This document shows positions 61,312 to 64,000 of a DNA stretch of 64,000 nucleotides, in pieces. The DNA comes from Octopus vulgaris. Its lineage: Eukaryota. The translations under genes and the position numbers were made by a program. The first letter of the stretch is position 1; every line of letters begins with the position of its first letter. Below the pieces are notes generated by a model. The model ran no database searches. It was not told where the DNA came from and was given only the letters and a program-made list of their open reading frames with translations. The stretch is taken from the NCBI GenBank assembly GCA_951406725.2, contig OX597838.1:31806001-31870000 (forward strand), read 5' to 3'.

Positions 61312-61636
61312 GTTTCCAAATTGGGTAAGGAACTAAAGGTGAACGGTATGAAGGACAACATCCAGTTGGAATGGTCGACCACTGCCATGGACACATTGGT
61401 TGAATTGGTCAAATATTTACCAAAGTGGAAGAAGAAATCAACACCTTTGGTCCTCACCACGACCACCACCACCTCAAGTAGTTCTGCCGTGGAAGGTGGA
61501 GTGCAGTCATTGACAGAAGAGACTGTTACCAGTGAACAGTCAGAACCGGTGGCCCCTACGTGGTTCAACTCCCTGTTATATTCCATCAACTACAAAGTGC
61601 TCAATCTCAACCTTTTTGCTTGTAACAACCAAAAAG
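61312..61636 (+). CDS. BLTP2: BLTP2 exon 14: VSKLGKELKVNGMKDNIQLEWST...YKVLNLNLFACNNQK
   Basis: atatttcag|GTT ... AAAG|gtgaaa; phase 0->1; 325 nt; lies inside ORF 61192..61956. Confidence 0.9.
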
Positions 61637-61642
61637 GTGAAA

Positions 61643-61925
61643 TTCTTCTTCTTCTTCTTCCTCTTTCTTCTTCTTCTTTCTTCTTTCTTCTTCCTGCTTC
61701 TTCTTCTTTCTTCTTCTTCTTCTTCTTCTTCTTCTTCTTCTTCTTCTTCTTCTTCCCCTCCTCCTCATTCTTCTTCTTCTTCTACTTCTTTCTACTTCTT
61801 CTTTCTTCTTCCTCTTCCTGCTTCTTCTTCTTCTTCTTCTTCTTCTTCTTCTTCTTCTTCTTCTTCCTGCTTCTTCTTTCTTCTTCTTCTTCTTTTTTCT
61901 TCTTCTTCTCCTTCTTCTCCTTCTC
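61643..61925. repeat. (CTT)n microsatellite
   Basis: Direct inspection. Confidence 0.92.
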
Positions 61926-62112
61926 ATCATACAATTTATGTTTGATGGGTGTCTAATTTGCCCTTTTTCTCCCTCATTCACCTACACACTGCAATCTTCA
62001 ATCCGTTAACTTTCTGTATCTTCTTCCTGTAACTTTTACTTATACTACTACTACTACTACTACTACTACACCACCACCATTGCTGCTATCCTAAATTATT
62101 CTATCATTATTG

Positions 62113-62311
62113 CTGGTGCTGCATAAAAAGCATCCTGTACACTGCAAATTAGTTGGTGTTCGGAAGGGCATCCATTTGTAGAGACCATACCAAAACAGGC
62201 AATGGAGCCTGGTGTGTGTCCCCATCCCCAGCCTTACCAGCTCCTGTCAAACCCTCTAACCCATGCCAGCAGGGAAAATGGATGTTGAATAATGATGATG
62301 ATGATGATGAT
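62113..62311 (+). mobile_element. Diverged family B 3' end
   Basis: GGAAGGGCATCCA...AACCCATGCCAGCA...(GAT)n. Confidence 0.75.
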
Positions 62312-62359
62312 GGTGGTTTCAGTCATTGGATCTCAGTGTGGTATAATAGATTACTTTGT

Positions 62360-62578
62360 GGAGGTGCATGGCATAGTGGTTAGGGTGTTGGACTCATGAT
62401 CATAAGATTGTGGTTTCGATTCCTGGATCGGGTGATGTGTTGCTCCAGTCCACTCAGCTGGCAAAATTGAGTTAATCTTGCGATGAACAGGTGTCTCGTC
62501 CAGGTGAGGAATATATATGCCATGAAACTGGGAAACCAGCCCTTACGAGTCAGTATGACTTGAGAAGGTAACCTTTAA
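62360..62578 (+). mobile_element. Diverged tRNA-derived SINE (G-related)
   Basis: TGGCATAGTGG and GGTTTCGATTCC boxes; TTGCTCCAGTCCACTCAGCTG. Confidence 0.7.
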
Positions 62579-62669
62579 TTTTTCCTTTATAATAGATTAC
62601 TTTAACCTCAGAATTAAAATTTTGATTGATACATATTTTATTATCACCACAAGGTCCAGTTCTTGTTGT

Positions 62670-63040
62670 GGTGACTTGTGTACCCCAGTAGACCCGAGTG
62701 CCAGCTCCTGGCAGAGCCTTTCATGCTGATCAGTTGAAAGGATAGAGGCCTGACTAATATGGACCACCTCTTCTCAGAAGTGAAAATGGGTTTGTGTAGG
62801 GCTGTAAACACACCTATGTAGGAGGGGGAAAAAAAAAAAAAAGCAATGATAATTCAAAACCAACAAGACCTGGAAAGGGAGGCCTTACCCGAGAGAAACA
62901 TATGACAGGGTGCTGAAAAATCCAAATAGAAATACGGGAGACTAACTGGAAAGAAGCAGAAAAGACAACCCAGAGTGGGAAACAGTTGAAAAAAGGGATG
63001 CTGATGTCCTGTGTTCCATAGGGAGGAAAGGGCTTAAGTG
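62670..63040 (+). mobile_element. Possible internally deleted RTE derivative, degraded
   Basis: 3' part reads NWKEAEK..Q and LCSIGRKG, similar to RTE ORF ends. Confidence 0.35.
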
Positions 63041-63380
63041 AAGAAATGACATATTTTATAACCTCAGAAAAACAAAAAGGACATGGGTGAAATTTGAACT
63101 TGGTTCAATGTGTTTTGTCTGTTGCTATACCAGTCCTGTTATCTGTCCCCTATTCTACGACAATCCCCGTTCTTCTGTCAAATGTTGTGATGACTGACTA
63201 AACATTCTAATGTTACAAGCACCTTATCAATCCCTGCCTCGGATACGCTCCTCTCGTTTATCCCAATTTGCATATTAAATTTAAATTAGCAGAAACAGCT
63301 GAATGAATTCTTCAATATCAAAGCCTTGCTTCTATTAATGACGTCTTCATTAAACAATAATTATTTTCCTGTCATTGTAG

Positions 63381-63487
63381 TGTGCCTGCTGTTATGCCTT
63401 GATGCTGTGTCTCTTGAATACCGACAACATCAGGCAATTATTCCGGTGGTCAGTTGTAAATTAGTTTACCTTACCATTGCCGACAGT
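63381..63487 (+). CDS. BLTP2: BLTP2 exon 15: (V)CLLLCLDAVSLEYRQHQAIIPVVSCKLVYLTIADS
   Basis: ttttcctgtcattgtag|TG ... AGT|gtaagt; phase 1->0; 107 nt. Confidence 0.88.
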
Positions 63488-64000
63488 GTAAGTATTAATG
63501 GTTCTTCAGAGCTTCAGCCCAGCCCAGGTATTTCAGTTGCTGTTTATAACCCAGGACAGCCCCCAATCCAGTAAATCTTTGCTCAAACCCATTTTAGTTG
63601 TGATCATCTTGTATCTTAGACTGTATTAGCTAAAGTATGTCCTTCTGCTTTTTAAGATGAGAGGATGATATTTGAGGGAATTTTGACTACTATTTCTAGC
63701 AATTGAATGACAACTTACAATCTCTCTCTCTAAAATATTAGCTGGTGTTTCTGTGTAATAAATGCGGTGCACTACTCTACTGTAGCTTCAACATTGTCAT
63801 TGCAAACCACTGTTGCTACTATCCTATACAATTTTAATCTTTCATTGATTTCAGTCTTTGAACCTCAGTGCAGCCCTACCTTTTAAGGTATAGTCAATTA
63901 CTTGGACCCCAGAATTATTTTATTGACTTCTTACATATCATTTTGACTCTAGAAAGATGGACAAAGTGGATCTGGGTGGGATTTGAACTTTGATCAATGT

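Larger units (their letters stand above)
15465..63487 (+). other. BLTP2: Partial multi-exon gene (15 coding exons in window): bridge-like lipid transfer protein family member 2 (KIAA0100/hobbit/Fmp27 homologue), N-terminal region
   Basis: 15 exons with AG/GT boundaries and matching phases join into 1768 nt with no stop. The peptide is colinear with recalled human KIAA0100, e.g. VVCATDIRIQVD~ALCFGEVRIRTD, EDSPCLAEIAI~EDTCLVELSL, STCHLHWQCDEMKEW~NTCIIHYRHQEFSHW, KRHYWDNIVYL~NMHVWGEALVL, KVLNLNLF~KVEDMNLF. Not BLAST-verified. Confidence 0.88.

Noticed and set aside
61532-61981. Poly-Arg, poly-Ser and poly-Phe ORFs
   Set aside because: (CTT)n microsatellite; only 61312-61636 is supported as an exon

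Overview
AT-rich, repeat-dense eukaryotic DNA. The repeat families (tRNA-derived SINEs, RTE LINE ends with (GAT)n tails) look like those of Octopus or another coleoid cephalopod; this is an inference, not database-checked. The window is mostly intronic. Fifteen short GT-AG exons on the + strand (15465-63487) splice in consistent phase into a 1768-nt stop-free partial CDS (about 589 codons). From recalled sequence it matches the N-terminal part of the bridge-like lipid transfer protein BLTP2 (KIAA0100/hobbit/Fmp27 family); the first exons and the rest of the gene lie outside the window. Introns hold at least three tRNA-derived SINE families, RTE, CR1 and Tx1/L1 LINE fragments, hAT and piggyBac-type (TTAA) MITEs, non-autonomous Helitrons, a mariner remnant, minisatellites and microsatellites. 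Almost all listed ORFs are repeat artefacts. Best leads: (1) a tRNA-headed element with minimal hammerhead-ribozyme motifs in inverted repeats (40170-40625); (2) an intron seeded with degenerate copies of its own splice acceptor (45530-50053); (3) three copies of one RTE 3' fragment each landing 170-205 nt downstream of a splice donor; (4) many inverted near-identical SINE pairs in the pre-mRNA. Repeat boundaries are approximate unless TIRs or TSDs are quoted.
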